From contig CALXXJ010000005.1 in assembly GCA_944392665.1 (NCBI GenBank), positions 1,967 through 65,966 of the forward strand: a stretch of 64,000 nt of DNA. Reading direction: 5' to 3'. The DNA comes from an uncultured Clostridia bacterium (GTDB lineage: Bacteria; Bacillota; Clostridia; TANB77; CAG-508). The notes under the pieces are model-generated. The model saw nothing but the letters and a program-made list of their open reading frames with translations, was not told the origin of the DNA and searched no databases. Both the position numbers and the translations under genes were made by a program. Shown here piece by piece: positions 16,925-25,801 of this stretch (within the stretch, counting starts at the first letter, position 1; each line of letters begins with the position of its first letter).

Positions 16925-18700
16925 TTATACTAAATCTTTTAATTCATTAATTTTATCTTTATAAAATTGTGTCATTACTTTATATGTATTGCTATCCTCT
17001 AAATCAACATCAACCATTTTTAAAAGCTCTACTGATTTTTTGGTACATCCCTGACTTAGCATATGGATATATTTTTCTATAAAACCTTCTTCTTTATTCA
17101 AAATCTTTGTAGCAATACAAATAGCTGCTGATATACCTGTTGCATATTTATACACATAAAAATCTGTATAAAAGTGTGGAATTCTAGACCATTCATATTG
17201 TATTTCCTTATCAAGAATAATGTCTTTTCCAAAATATTTTTGATTCAATTTATAATATATGTCATTTAAATCTTCTGCTGCTAACATCTCTCCATTTTCA
17301 ATTTTTTCATGTACTTCTTTTTCGAATTCAGCAAACATAGATTGTCTATAAAAAGTTGCTCTTATCATTTCCAAAAGTTCATAAATATATTCTGCTTTTT
17401 TCTTCTTATCCTTCTCCTGTTGTATTTGATATTCACTAAGTAAAATTTCATTCACTGTTGAGGCAACTTCTGCTACCATAATCGTATAATTAGCATTAAT
17501 TATATTTTGATTCTTATTAGAATAATATGAATGTATACTATGTCCTAATTCATGAGCAATGGTACTAACGTCTCTTTTATTTTCTGTAAAACTCATCAAC
17601 ACAAATGGATGTACTCCATATACTCCAGAACTATATGCTCCACCTCTTTTATTTGGTTTTTCATATACATCTATCCAACGATTTTCAAAAGCCTTATCTA
17701 ATATATCACCATATTCTTTGCCCAATACAGATAATGCATCTTTTACTTCTTTTTTTGCATCTTCAAAAGAAATTTTGTCTTTTTCTTCTTGAAATGGATT
17801 GACATAGATATCATATATATGCATTTCTTTCGTATTTAACAATTTCCTTTTTAAAGATATAAATTCATGATTAATTTCTAGTCCATCATTAACACCTTTC
17901 ATCAATGCTTCATATACCTTAATTGTTGCATCATCATGAATAGTTGCTTGTTCTAAAGAAGAGGTATATTTTCTTAATCTTGAAGTAATAACCGTTTGCT
18001 TTACATTTGATAAGTACATTTCTGTTAAAGTATTGATATATTCACTATATTTTCTATACATTAACTGAAAAGCTTGTTTTCTCACTTCTATATTTGAACT
18101 TTTTAAATATTTTGTATATGTCGCATCTGTTAATTCTACTTCTTTTCCATCTTCATCTATTAATTTTCCAAATTTGAATTCTGCATTTGTTAAAATATCA
18201 TATATGTTTTCTGGTCCAGAAAATACTTCTGAGTAATTAGCAAGTAAATTTTCTTCTTCCTTACTCAAGACATGTTTTTTCATTTCTAAAATATCTTTTA
18301 TATCTCTCTCATATGGTTTTAATCTTTTATCCTCAGATAAATAGGTACGAATTGTTTTTTCATCTGTAAATGTAATTTCAGGTGTGATAAAAGAAGTGGC
18401 TGTACTAAATTCTGATGATAACTTTTCTACTTCTTTAAATAATTTGATTCCTTCTTGATCTGCCATATTCAAATGATAAGAAAACATGCCATAAGAATAA
18501 GTTTTATCAAAGTCCATTAGTAATTTTTCATACAAGGCATAACATTGATATAAATTTTCTGAATTCTCACACAATATGCCTTTATATGTTTCTATTTTCT
18601 TTAATTCGTTTTTTAAATCTTTTATCTTTTCATAAAATTCTTCTTTATCTTTAAATAAATCTGTTAAATTCCAATTGTATTTATCTTGTACTTTTTCCAT
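16925..18700 (-). CDS. pepF: Oligoendopeptidase F (M3B metallopeptidase)
   Basis: HELGH zinc motif and M3B-wide similarity. ATG at 18700 is preceded by AAGGAGGAAG; the track start at 18721 reads through the SD. Confidence 0.92.
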   Translation of the reverse strand: MEKVQDKYNWNLTDLFKDKEEFYEKIKDLKNELKKIETYKGILCENSENLYQCYALYEKLLMDFDKTYSYGMFSYHLNMADQEGIKLFKEVEKLSSEFSTATSFITPEITFTDEKTIRTYLSEDKRLKPYERDIKDILEMKKHVLSKEEENLLANYSEVFSGPENIYDILTNAEFKFGKLIDEDGKEVELTDATYTKYLKSSNIEVRKQAFQLMYRKYSEYINTLTEMYLSNVKQTVITSRLRKYTSSLEQATIHDDATIKVYEALMKGVNDGLEINHEFISLKRKLLNTKEMHIYDIYVNPFQEEKDKISFEDAKKEVKDALSVLGKEYGDILDKAFENRWIDVYEKPNKRGGAYSSGVYGVHPFVLMSFTENKRDVSTIAHELGHSIHSYYSNKNQNIINANYTIMVAEVASTVNEILLSEYQIQQEKDKKKKAEYIYELLEMIRATFYRQSMFAEFEKEVHEKIENGEMLAAEDLNDIYYKLNQKYFGKDIILDKEIQYEWSRIPHFYTDFYVYKYATGISAAICIATKILNKEEGFIEKYIHMLSQGCTKKSVELLKMVDVDLEDSNTYKVMTQFYKDKINELKDLV

Positions 18701-18852
18701 TTTTCTTCCTCCTTGTTGCACATTGTATCATATCTAAATCTTATATACAAGAATAATAGCAGGTTTTTTTCTATACAAAAAACACCTTTATGAATATATA
18801 ATCTTTTGTAAGAAATTATATAAAATAAAAGTGTTTTTTATGTGACATATAT

Positions 18853-19158
18853 TTAATAAACAGGAATTTTTATTTCCATTCCTTCAGATAAATTGCTAGT
18901 TGTCATCTGATTAATTTCTTTTAATTCTAATATAACATTTTGAATATCCTCATCTTGGAAATATGCATTTTTTTGTATTTCTTCTTCTGCAATTTCCCAC
19001 AACGTTTCTCCTTTTACAACATATTCTGTCTTGTATTTTGTTTCACTATTAGAATATGTCTTATGATTTGCAATACATATAGCAATACTTATCAGGCACA
19101 ATAAAATTGTAATAGATCTTATAAATTTATATTTATTGATAATTCTTATATGTTTCAT
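18853..19158 (-). CDS. Small TM + LysM protein, YneA-like candidate SOS cell-division inhibitor
   Basis: 101 aa from ATG 19158 (SD AAGGAGG). One TM (SITILLCLISIAICIA) and a C-terminal LysM (YVVKGETLWEIAEEE...GMEIKIPV). The promoter carries two LexA-type boxes. The longer track ORF reads through the promoter. Confidence 0.7.
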   Translation of the reverse strand: MKHIRIINKYKFIRSITILLCLISIAICIANHKTYSNSETKYKTEYVVKGETLWEIAEEEIQKNAYFQDEDIQNVILELKEINQMTTSNLSEGMEIKIPVY

Positions 19159-19172
19159 AGCGTCCTCCTTAA

Positions 19173-19224
19173 GAATATATGTTCGGTATGTTTGTATTAT
19201 ATACGAACATTTATTCTTTGTCAA
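19173..19224 (-). promoter_or_regulatory. Sigma-A promoter with two LexA (Cheo-type) boxes
   Basis: Minus strand TTGACA (19224-19219) - 17 nt - TATAAT (19201-19196). Box CGAACATATATTCT lies between -10 and SD (core 19173-19184). A second box, CGAACATTTATTCT as read on the plus strand (core 19205-19216), lies inside the spacer. Confidence 0.65.
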
Positions 19225-19258
19225 TACCTATTACAAAAAATGTTTGTTTCTTTATTTG

Positions 19259-19837
19259 TTAGATTAATATTGGACTGATTTGTTCTCCCTCTAAAGCATA
19301 TTCTATGGTTTTTATGATATATTCTGCATCAAATACAATTGATCTTGGTTTTGTGATTGGATTATCCTGTCTAAATGGTACAAAATAATAATTTTTTCTA
19401 TTTAATAATTTTCCTATATTTTCAGCATTACTACTTAATCCATTATTTGTAGATGGTGCAATGACTAGTGGACGATTGTTTCTTAAATGTGATTTGGCTG
19501 CCATAGTTGCAGGTGTATCTATAATATCACAGGCTAACTTTGACATTGTATTTCCAGAACAAGGTGCAATAATCATAATGTCTGTCATTTTTTTGGGACC
19601 AATCGGTTCTGCATCTACAATTGTATGAATAATTTTCTTGCCTGTCATTTCTTCTATCTCATTAATAAAATCTTCTGCTTTTCCAAATTTCGTATCTAAA
19701 TTGTAACTATTAAAAGACATAATTGGTACAATTTCTGCTTCTTTTTTTATTAATTCTTTCATTTTCGGTAATACTTTTCGAAATGTGCAAAACGAACCTG
19801 TTAATACAAATCCTATTTTTTTACCTTTTACTTCCAA
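19259..19837 (-). CDS. dpaB: Dipicolinate synthase subunit B (SpoVFB-type flavoprotein)
   Basis: 192-aa ORF with end-to-end resemblance to SpoVFB (GFVLTGSFCT...IAPCSGNTMSKLA...MAAKSHLRNNRPLV...FVPFRQDNP). TTG start with SD AGGAGGA. No dpaA next to it. Confidence 0.85.
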   Translation of the reverse strand: MEVKGKKIGFVLTGSFCTFRKVLPKMKELIKKEAEIVPIMSFNSYNLDTKFGKAEDFINEIEEMTGKKIIHTIVDAEPIGPKKMTDIMIIAPCSGNTMSKLACDIIDTPATMAAKSHLRNNRPLVIAPSTNNGLSSNAENIGKLLNRKNYYFVPFRQDNPITKPRSIVFDAEYIIKTIEYALEGEQISPILI

Positions 19838-19952
19838 ATAAATTCCTCCTTTCTTTTTTTGTTGTATAGGAAAAATCTATCTTTTATATAAGATTTTCCG
19901 TTCTTATATAATATGATTTTATGTAAATAATGCTTGCTATTTTTTATAATAT

Positions 19953-19992
19953 ATAAATAAAAATAGAACAGTACTTTTATACTGCTCTATTT
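19953..19992 (-). terminator. Rho-independent terminator
   Basis: AATAGAGCAGTA/TACTGTTCTATT stem (one G-U pair) plus a U-run on the minus strand, downstream of the 20011 gene. Confidence 0.65.
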
Positions 19993-20010
19993 TATTTATA
20001 TCATTTCTCT

Positions 20011-20655
20011 CTATCTCTTTACTTCTATTTTATTTTCATAAATCACATCCATCACTTCATCAGAATAATATTTATCAAAAAACACATCTATATTACTTGT
20101 TGCTGCAATTTCACGATTTCTTTCATCTTGTCTGATTGCTGCTAATGAAGATACAGATATATTAAATAACATAAATATAGCAAACAAAGCGGTTATAGTT
20201 CTAAAATACTGATTTCTTATGATATTATCGATATGATTAATTAATGGCATAACATATCTCATAAATAATATTCCTCCTATTCCCCAATAAGTACAATGTA
20301 ACAAGCTTGTCCTTCCATTTATATTAAGCCATAAATTTGAATAATCCCATGATATGGTTCCAAATAAAAGCTCTTGAAAATATGAACATAGGTATTCTAC
20401 AATTCCCCCTAATACCATTGTCACAAAAAAGATTTTTAGATATCCTTCCTTTATTTTAGGAACAACAAAATAGTAAGCTAAAATTCCTAATCCATATACT
20501 TGTGCAAATGGTCCAAATAGCAATCCTTGCCTTGATACAAAATGGCCATTTTGTACTAATCCTACAATCATTTCTACGACATATCCAATGATACTTCCTA
20601 TGATAAACACCCAAAATATTTTTATACATTGATTTATCCATTTTTCTTTTTTCAT
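20011..20655 (-). CDS. PF06541-type membrane protein, paralogue 2
   Basis: Same conserved blocks as 15990..16910 (IGYVVEMIVG...LFGPFAQVYGLG...VEYLCSY..E...SWDYS...NINGRT). ATG at 20655 behind GGGGTGGAG; the track start is GTG. Confidence 0.75.
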   Translation of the reverse strand: MKKEKWINQCIKIFWVFIIGSIIGYVVEMIVGLVQNGHFVSRQGLLFGPFAQVYGLGILAYYFVVPKIKEGYLKIFFVTMVLGGIVEYLCSYFQELLFGTISWDYSNLWLNINGRTSLLHCTYWGIGGILFMRYVMPLINHIDNIIRNQYFRTITALFAIFMLFNISVSSLAAIRQDERNREIAATSNIDVFFDKYYSDEVMDVIYENKIEVKR

Positions 20656-20779
20656 TTGCTCCACCCCTTATATTATTTTTGTAATTTTACTATATCATGC
20701 AAATCTTAATAATATTTTTAGGGATTCTTAAATTTACCTGAATAATTTCTTAAGAAAAATTAACGTCCCCAAAAGGACA

Positions 20780-21331
20780 TTAATTTAAATATTTTAATAC
20801 AGAAAAAACAGTGTCTAATATTAATATTCCAATCAATATAAAACAAACAAATTTCTGAATGTTATTTGTATTTCCTTTTGTTATATTTTGTATTTTATCT
20901 TGTATGTATGGGTGTAATTTTTCTAATAATATCAGACCTATAACACCCCAAAATATAGAATATAATAAACTAACTCTTCCTTGAATATTCAAGAAGTCAT
21001 TTGAATAATCCCACCATCTTAATCCAAATAACATTTCTAGTATAAAAGAAACCATATATTCAAATAAAGTAAATGCAATTGTTGCAATTAAAAATTTTAG
21101 AAGAGGTTTTTTGTATAATTTTTTTGTTGCCATTAGCAATAAAACTGCTCCAAATCCATATATTGGGCAAATCGGTCCAAACAAAAATCCTCTTTTTACA
21201 AAATACCCATGGACAAACATAGCATAAATAGTTTCAATTAACCATCCTAAAAAAGAATATATGAAAAAGTAGGTTATATATTCAATTATTTTATCTTTTG
21301 TTGTTTTGGCTAAGACTATCTCCTTTTCCAT
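20780..21331 (-). CDS. PF06541-type membrane protein, paralogue 3
   Basis: 183-aa ORF (LGWLIETIYA...LFGPICPIYGFGAV...FEYMVSF..E...WWDYS...NIQGRV). Confidence 0.75.
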   Translation of the reverse strand: MEKEIVLAKTTKDKIIEYITYFFIYSFLGWLIETIYAMFVHGYFVKRGFLFGPICPIYGFGAVLLLMATKKLYKKPLLKFLIATIAFTLFEYMVSFILEMLFGLRWWDYSNDFLNIQGRVSLLYSIFWGVIGLILLEKLHPYIQDKIQNITKGNTNNIQKFVCFILIGILILDTVFSVLKYLN

Positions 21332-21353
21332 AAACTTCCCTCTTATTCCCTTT

Positions 21354-22085
21354 CTATTTTATATCCTCTTGTATTGATTTTAAAGCTTCTTCTGTAACTT
21401 TACTTTTATCAAATTTATTTACAATAAATACAACTACACCAACTAATAAAAATGTAATTGCATATATGACTAAACTTGATTGCCAATCCCCCTTCATCAA
21501 TGTATTTCCTGCAAATGTTGATGAGACAACTGAAGGTAATCTAGCAAATGTAGATATTAATATAAATCTTAATGGTTTTACTGGTAATAATCCTGCAATA
21601 TATACTAGCAAATCTTTAGGCGTTCCTGGTATCATAAATAATATAATCATAATCCATTCAATTTTTTTTGGATTCTTAAATAATTTACTATTTTCAATCT
21701 TCTTTACTTTTTCTTCATCACAAAAATCATATACAAATTTTCTTCCTAATTTTCTTACTAAGAAGAATAGCCCTGTTGTAATAATTGCTACAGATACGGT
21801 GATAAATAGCAATCCTCCCCAGCCACCATAACACATACCTGCTAATATTTCTATTGGTTCTCCTGGCAATATAAATAAAAATACTTGTGCCACTTGAAGA
21901 CCAAACAACATTAATAATCCAACAAAACCAGAGTCATTGACTTTATTTTTAAAAGCCTCTTGCCCCTCTACCGTACTTAAGTTTTTCATGACTGGTATTA
22001 AATAGGCTAGTACTCCAACAATAATTGCTACTGCAATTATTGCAATTATAATTCTAAATATTTTTATCTTCGTTTTTCTACTCAT
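21354..22085 (-). CDS. TVP38/TMEM64 (DedA-superfamily, VTT domain) membrane protein
   Basis: 243-aa ORF. LPGEPIEILAG...PGTPKDLLVYIAG motif pattern of the SNARE-associated/VTT domain. Confidence 0.8.
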   Translation of the reverse strand: MSRKTKIKIFRIIIAIIAVAIIVGVLAYLIPVMKNLSTVEGQEAFKNKVNDSGFVGLLMLFGLQVAQVFLFILPGEPIEILAGMCYGGWGGLLFITVSVAIITTGLFFLVRKLGRKFVYDFCDEEKVKKIENSKLFKNPKKIEWIMIILFMIPGTPKDLLVYIAGLLPVKPLRFILISTFARLPSVVSSTFAGNTLMKGDWQSSLVIYAITFLLVGVVVFIVNKFDKSKVTEEALKSIQEDIK

Positions 22086-22304
22086 CTTTATCCTTTCCGT
22101 TTATGTTAAAATAAACCATAACATATATATTATACCACATTTTTCCTAAAATGTATGCATTTTACTTTATTTTTGTCTTACATTTTTGTCACATTTAGTA
22201 TAACAGGTATTTATTAAGTATTTTTTTACGAAATATTAAATTTTTCTTAAGATATTATAAAAGATAAAGCACTTTCCCACTTTATCTTTTTTCTCTATAT
22301 TTCA

Positions 22305-22742
22305 TTATTCTTTTTTCCAAGTCATAACATATTCCGTTTCATTAAATTGCTCATTTAATTGGATTTTAGTGTTTTTAAATTGTAGATTTGAGAAAAATAT
22401 AATACCATTCATATTTTTTTCAAATACCTTTACAAAAAGTTCTGCATTTTCTTCTAAATTATTTCTATAATAATTTAGCAATTTGGTCCCAATTTCATGT
22501 CCTCTATTTTCTTCTTTTACAAATATTGCTTTGATTTCATTCTCATCAATCGAAATAAATCCTAAAATTTCATCATTTTCTACATAGACATAAGTTTTAA
22601 ATTTTTCTAAAAAATCTACTTTTACTTGATTATAGATTTCTAACCAATAATCTTTTTCAATAAAACTATTTGCTTTAAAATTTCCTTTTACCCATATTGT
22701 CATTACCTTTGTTAAGTCCTCTTCTTTTATTTTTCTTATCAT
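22305..22742 (-). CDS. GNAT-family N-acetyltransferase
   Basis: Acetyl-CoA site pattern (FVKEENRGHEIGTKLL). Preferred start is ATG 22742 (MIRKIKEEDL, SD GGTGA). The track start at 22841 would overlap the upstream gene. Confidence 0.75.
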   Translation of the reverse strand: MIRKIKEEDLTKVMTIWVKGNFKANSFIEKDYWLEIYNQVKVDFLEKFKTYVYVENDEILGFISIDENEIKAIFVKEENRGHEIGTKLLNYYRNNLEENAELFVKVFEKNMNGIIFFSNLQFKNTKIQLNEQFNETEYVMTWKKE

Positions 22743-22830
22743 ATAATCACCTTTTTCCTTTGTTTTTCTTAATGTACCAGAAAAATGTGTATTTTTCAAT
22801 ATATTTTTGTTAATATTTGATGATTTCTTT

Positions 22831-23562
22831 TTACTCTTCAACTAATTTCATAAATTCTTCATAACTTCCATTAAATACATTCATATCAATAAATTTTTCT
22901 TCACCATTGTAACCCTCTAATCTTTCTCTATTGGTATATTGCCATAAAGTCCATTTTCGGTTATCTTTTAAATTTGGAGTTGAAAAAATATCTCTTATCC
23001 AAATTTTATATCCTTCAAAATTATCTTTTATGTATAAATTATAAGATGTATTTGTTGCATATATGATGGGGTTCTTTTCATAATATTCTTCCAATTTTTC
23101 TAATAACTTTTTTAACTGTTCTCTTGTATTTTCAACATTAGGAATATTTTTATTCTTGTCTCCATAAAATTCTATATCCACAACTGGTGGCAATAGGTTC
23201 ATGTCTTTTGGTACATTTTTTATATAGTTTTCACTTTGAGAAATTGCATCACTATCAAAACTAAAAAAATGGTATGCTCCTATTTTTAAATTTGTAGTAA
23301 TCGCATTTTGATAATTATATTGAAATCTTTCATCTGTATAACTGCTACCTTCCGTTGCCTTTATATATGCAAAATCTATATTTTGATTAGAAAGCTTTTC
23401 CCAATCAATTTCTCCTTGATATTCTGAAACATCTATTCCTCTTACTGGATAATCTTCAGAAGAGGGGTTATTAAATTTTATATTTCCATTATATATTAAA
23501 AAAGCAATGATACATACGGTTAAAACAACTATAATGATACTAATATATATGAATTTTTTCAT
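22831..23562 (-). CDS. Membrane-anchored GH25 muramidase (lysozyme)
   Basis: GIDVSEYQGEIDWEKL...DFAYIKATEG...YHFF GH25 signature. N-terminal TM. ATG 23562 follows SD GGAGGA. Confidence 0.88.
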   Translation of the reverse strand: MKKFIYISIIIVVLTVCIIAFLIYNGNIKFNNPSSEDYPVRGIDVSEYQGEIDWEKLSNQNIDFAYIKATEGSSYTDERFQYNYQNAITTNLKIGAYHFFSFDSDAISQSENYIKNVPKDMNLLPPVVDIEFYGDKNKNIPNVENTREQLKKLLEKLEEYYEKNPIIYATNTSYNLYIKDNFEGYKIWIRDIFSTPNLKDNRKWTLWQYTNRERLEGYNGEEKFIDMNVFNGSYEEFMKLVEE

Positions 23563-23593
23563 AATTCCTCCATTCATCATTTTTGTTATCATA

Positions 23594-24403
23594 TCACATT
23601 TTTTTATAATTTGGTATATCTATCATTCTTCCAATTATATATCCTAAAATACTTTCTCCTGCTACCAATAGTATTGACGTGATTACATTCCATTCCATTA
23701 TTCCTTCCCATGAAATCATATATATGCTATATATTGCTAAAAGGACGATATAATTTATGAATAAGATTTTTAAAAAATCAGAAGAGGTTTTTTGTCTTAT
23801 CTTTTTTCTCTCTATATAATAACTAATAAGCCCAATAACACCTGCCCCTCCAAATAGAAATATAGCTAGTACAGGAATTATCAGAATAGGAGTGGTTAAT
23901 CCTAGTGCAAAATTACAAAATATTATAAGTGTTAAAATCATTGTAACCATAATAGAAATATTTTTACCTGTTAACTGATTATTATCTTTTTTAAATTTTT
24001 TTCTTATTATCGTTATATTTAAGATAAGGATGATGACAAGAATAAAAGTAATACCCAAGTTTCTTATAGGAATATATATTCCCTCTTCTTTTATTAGATT
24101 ATTTTGCCAAGGAATACTTTCTAAATATAAGACCTCTTTTTCTCCATCTTCATAATAAACTTTATAATGATTGTCATCCCAAACTTCTTCATATATAATT
24201 TTCTTTGCTTCTCTATCTGTTCTAAAATTTTCCTCTCCTACATATGTATAAATCCTATCTTTATTATCTTCATTTATATATAATTCATATTCTCCCGAAT
24301 ATCTTAATGTATAAGTTGAAAATACAAGTATGAAAATAGCTAAAATCCAATTTATTATTCTATATATGTTTCTCAAAGATTTCTCTTTTTTATTTTCTTC
24401 CAT
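23594..24403 (-). CDS. Hypothetical polytopic membrane protein
   Basis: 269-aa ORF. One N-terminal TM, an ~80-aa extracytoplasmic segment, then about 5 TMs. Abuts the GH25 gene (1-nt gap), suggesting co-transcription. Confidence 0.6.
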   Translation of the reverse strand: MEENKKEKSLRNIYRIINWILAIFILVFSTYTLRYSGEYELYINEDNKDRIYTYVGEENFRTDREAKKIIYEEVWDDNHYKVYYEDGEKEVLYLESIPWQNNLIKEEGIYIPIRNLGITFILVIILILNITIIRKKFKKDNNQLTGKNISIMVTMILTLIIFCNFALGLTTPILIIPVLAIFLFGGAGVIGLISYYIERKKIRQKTSSDFLKILFINYIVLLAIYSIYMISWEGIMEWNVITSILLVAGESILGYIIGRMIDIPNYKKM

Positions 24404-24528
24404 AAACTCCTCCTCTATCAGTTATATATTATCGTTTTATGTTTGTCAATATTTTTTTATCGTTTTTCAATATATATTCTTAAAGGTGTAAAAAAATAAT
24501 AAACATGTATTTAGAAGTAATTAGTTAT

Positions 24529-24561
24529 TAAAAAAGAAGATATACACAAATATATCTTCTT
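24529..24561 (-). terminator. Rho-independent terminator
   Basis: Perfect 11-bp stem AAGAAGATATA/TATATCTTCTT, 6-nt loop, flanking A/T runs on both sides. Confidence 0.75.
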
Positions 24562-24567
24562 AAATTT

Positions 24568-24909
24568 CTATTCTTCTTCATATATTTTATCTGCTTCTTC
24601 TTGTGTCAAATATTTATATTTAACCATTTTATCTAATACTTGTTTTTGTCTTTGCTTTGCAAGATTTGGGTTGACAGTTGGTGCATAAACACTTGGTGCA
24701 TTTGGTATTCCTGCAAGCATAATACATTCTCCATCTGTATATGGTAAATTAATATCTAATAATACTAAATCTGCATTTTCCTCTAATATATCTTGTATCG
24801 TATTATCAAAATTATCTAATCCTTTTGCTTCAAATCCATTCTTATTTAAAAATGTTTCTAATTCTTGTCTTAGTTTTTTATCATCTTCAACAATTAATAT
24901 TTTACTCAT
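24568..24909 (-). pseudogene. Chimeric remnant: response-regulator receiver N-terminus fused to the tail of a GT51 (PBP1-type transglycosylase) domain
   Basis: Residues 1-61 (MSKILIVEDDKKLRQELE...DLVLLDINLPYTDGE) are half a REC domain. Residues 62-113 (…MLAGIPNAPSVYAPTVNPNLAKQRQKQVLDKMVKYKYLTQEEA) match the end of the GT51 domain. Neither domain is complete. Confidence 0.65.
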
Positions 24910-24923
24910 ATTTCTCTTTCCTT

Positions 24924-25763
24924 TTAAAATTTATCTGAATCTATTCCTAACTTTTTAAAGTTATTATTCACTTTCTGCATATTTCCATACATTCCATTTT
25001 TGAGTTCATAAGAATAATTATCTTTCTCTGGATTTTCTGTTTTACAATTTAATTCTTTTTCTATATCATATTTAACTCTTCTAAATTCAAATGAAATACC
25101 ATTTTCTGTATATTCTTTTGAACCATAATCTCCTTCTAGAATTAAATAATTAGCAACTGTTGTTTCCAATATATTCGCATCTTTTTCTTTGTTTCTAATT
25201 ACATCGAAAGAAAATCCAACACTTCCTACATTAATTAATGTTCTATTATAAATTTTATCTAAAAATGGATGATGAATATGTCCATAAAGTACTATATCTG
25301 CCCTTTTTTGAGATATTGTTTTATCTGTTGGTAAAAACATTTTATACTTTGTTTCTATACTATCTTCATTAAGAATTGGCTCTCTATCTGTCCATGGTGT
25401 TGCATGAAAGACTCTCACTAAGCTTCCATTCAACATGAATTCATAGCAAAAAGGTAAATTATTTAACCATTTCATTTGCTCTTTATTTAATAAACTTTGA
25501 TTCCATTTTAATCGTTTTTCTTCTATCTCAGACATCTTATCAATGTCATGATTGGTTTCAGAAAAATGTCTATCACAGTTTCCACGTATAATCATATCAC
25601 AATTATCTTTAATTAATTTTAAGCATTCTACTGAATGATTTCCTTTAGCTATAATATCTCCTAGACATATAATTTTATCAATATTTCTTTTTCTGATATC
25701 TTTTAATGTTGCTGTTAAGGCTTCCAAATTTCCATGTATATCTGAAATAATTGCTATACGCAT
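24924..25763 (-). CDS. Metallophosphoesterase (calcineurin-like, YfcE/MJ0936-type)
   Basis: MRIAIISDIHGN...GDII.KG...GNCD...GHIH motif series. ATG 25763 sits 7 nt after GAGGAGG. Confidence 0.85.
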   Translation of the reverse strand: MRIAIISDIHGNLEALTATLKDIRKRNIDKIICLGDIIAKGNHSVECLKLIKDNCDMIIRGNCDRHFSETNHDIDKMSEIEEKRLKWNQSLLNKEQMKWLNNLPFCYEFMLNGSLVRVFHATPWTDREPILNEDSIETKYKMFLPTDKTISQKRADIVLYGHIHHPFLDKIYNRTLINVGSVGFSFDVIRNKEKDANILETTVANYLILEGDYGSKEYTENGISFEFRRVKYDIEKELNCKTENPEKDNYSYELKNGMYGNMQKVNNNFKKLGIDSDKF

Positions 25764-25801
25764 TATCATACCTCCTCTTTCGTTATTATATTGATTTTTG
25801 T

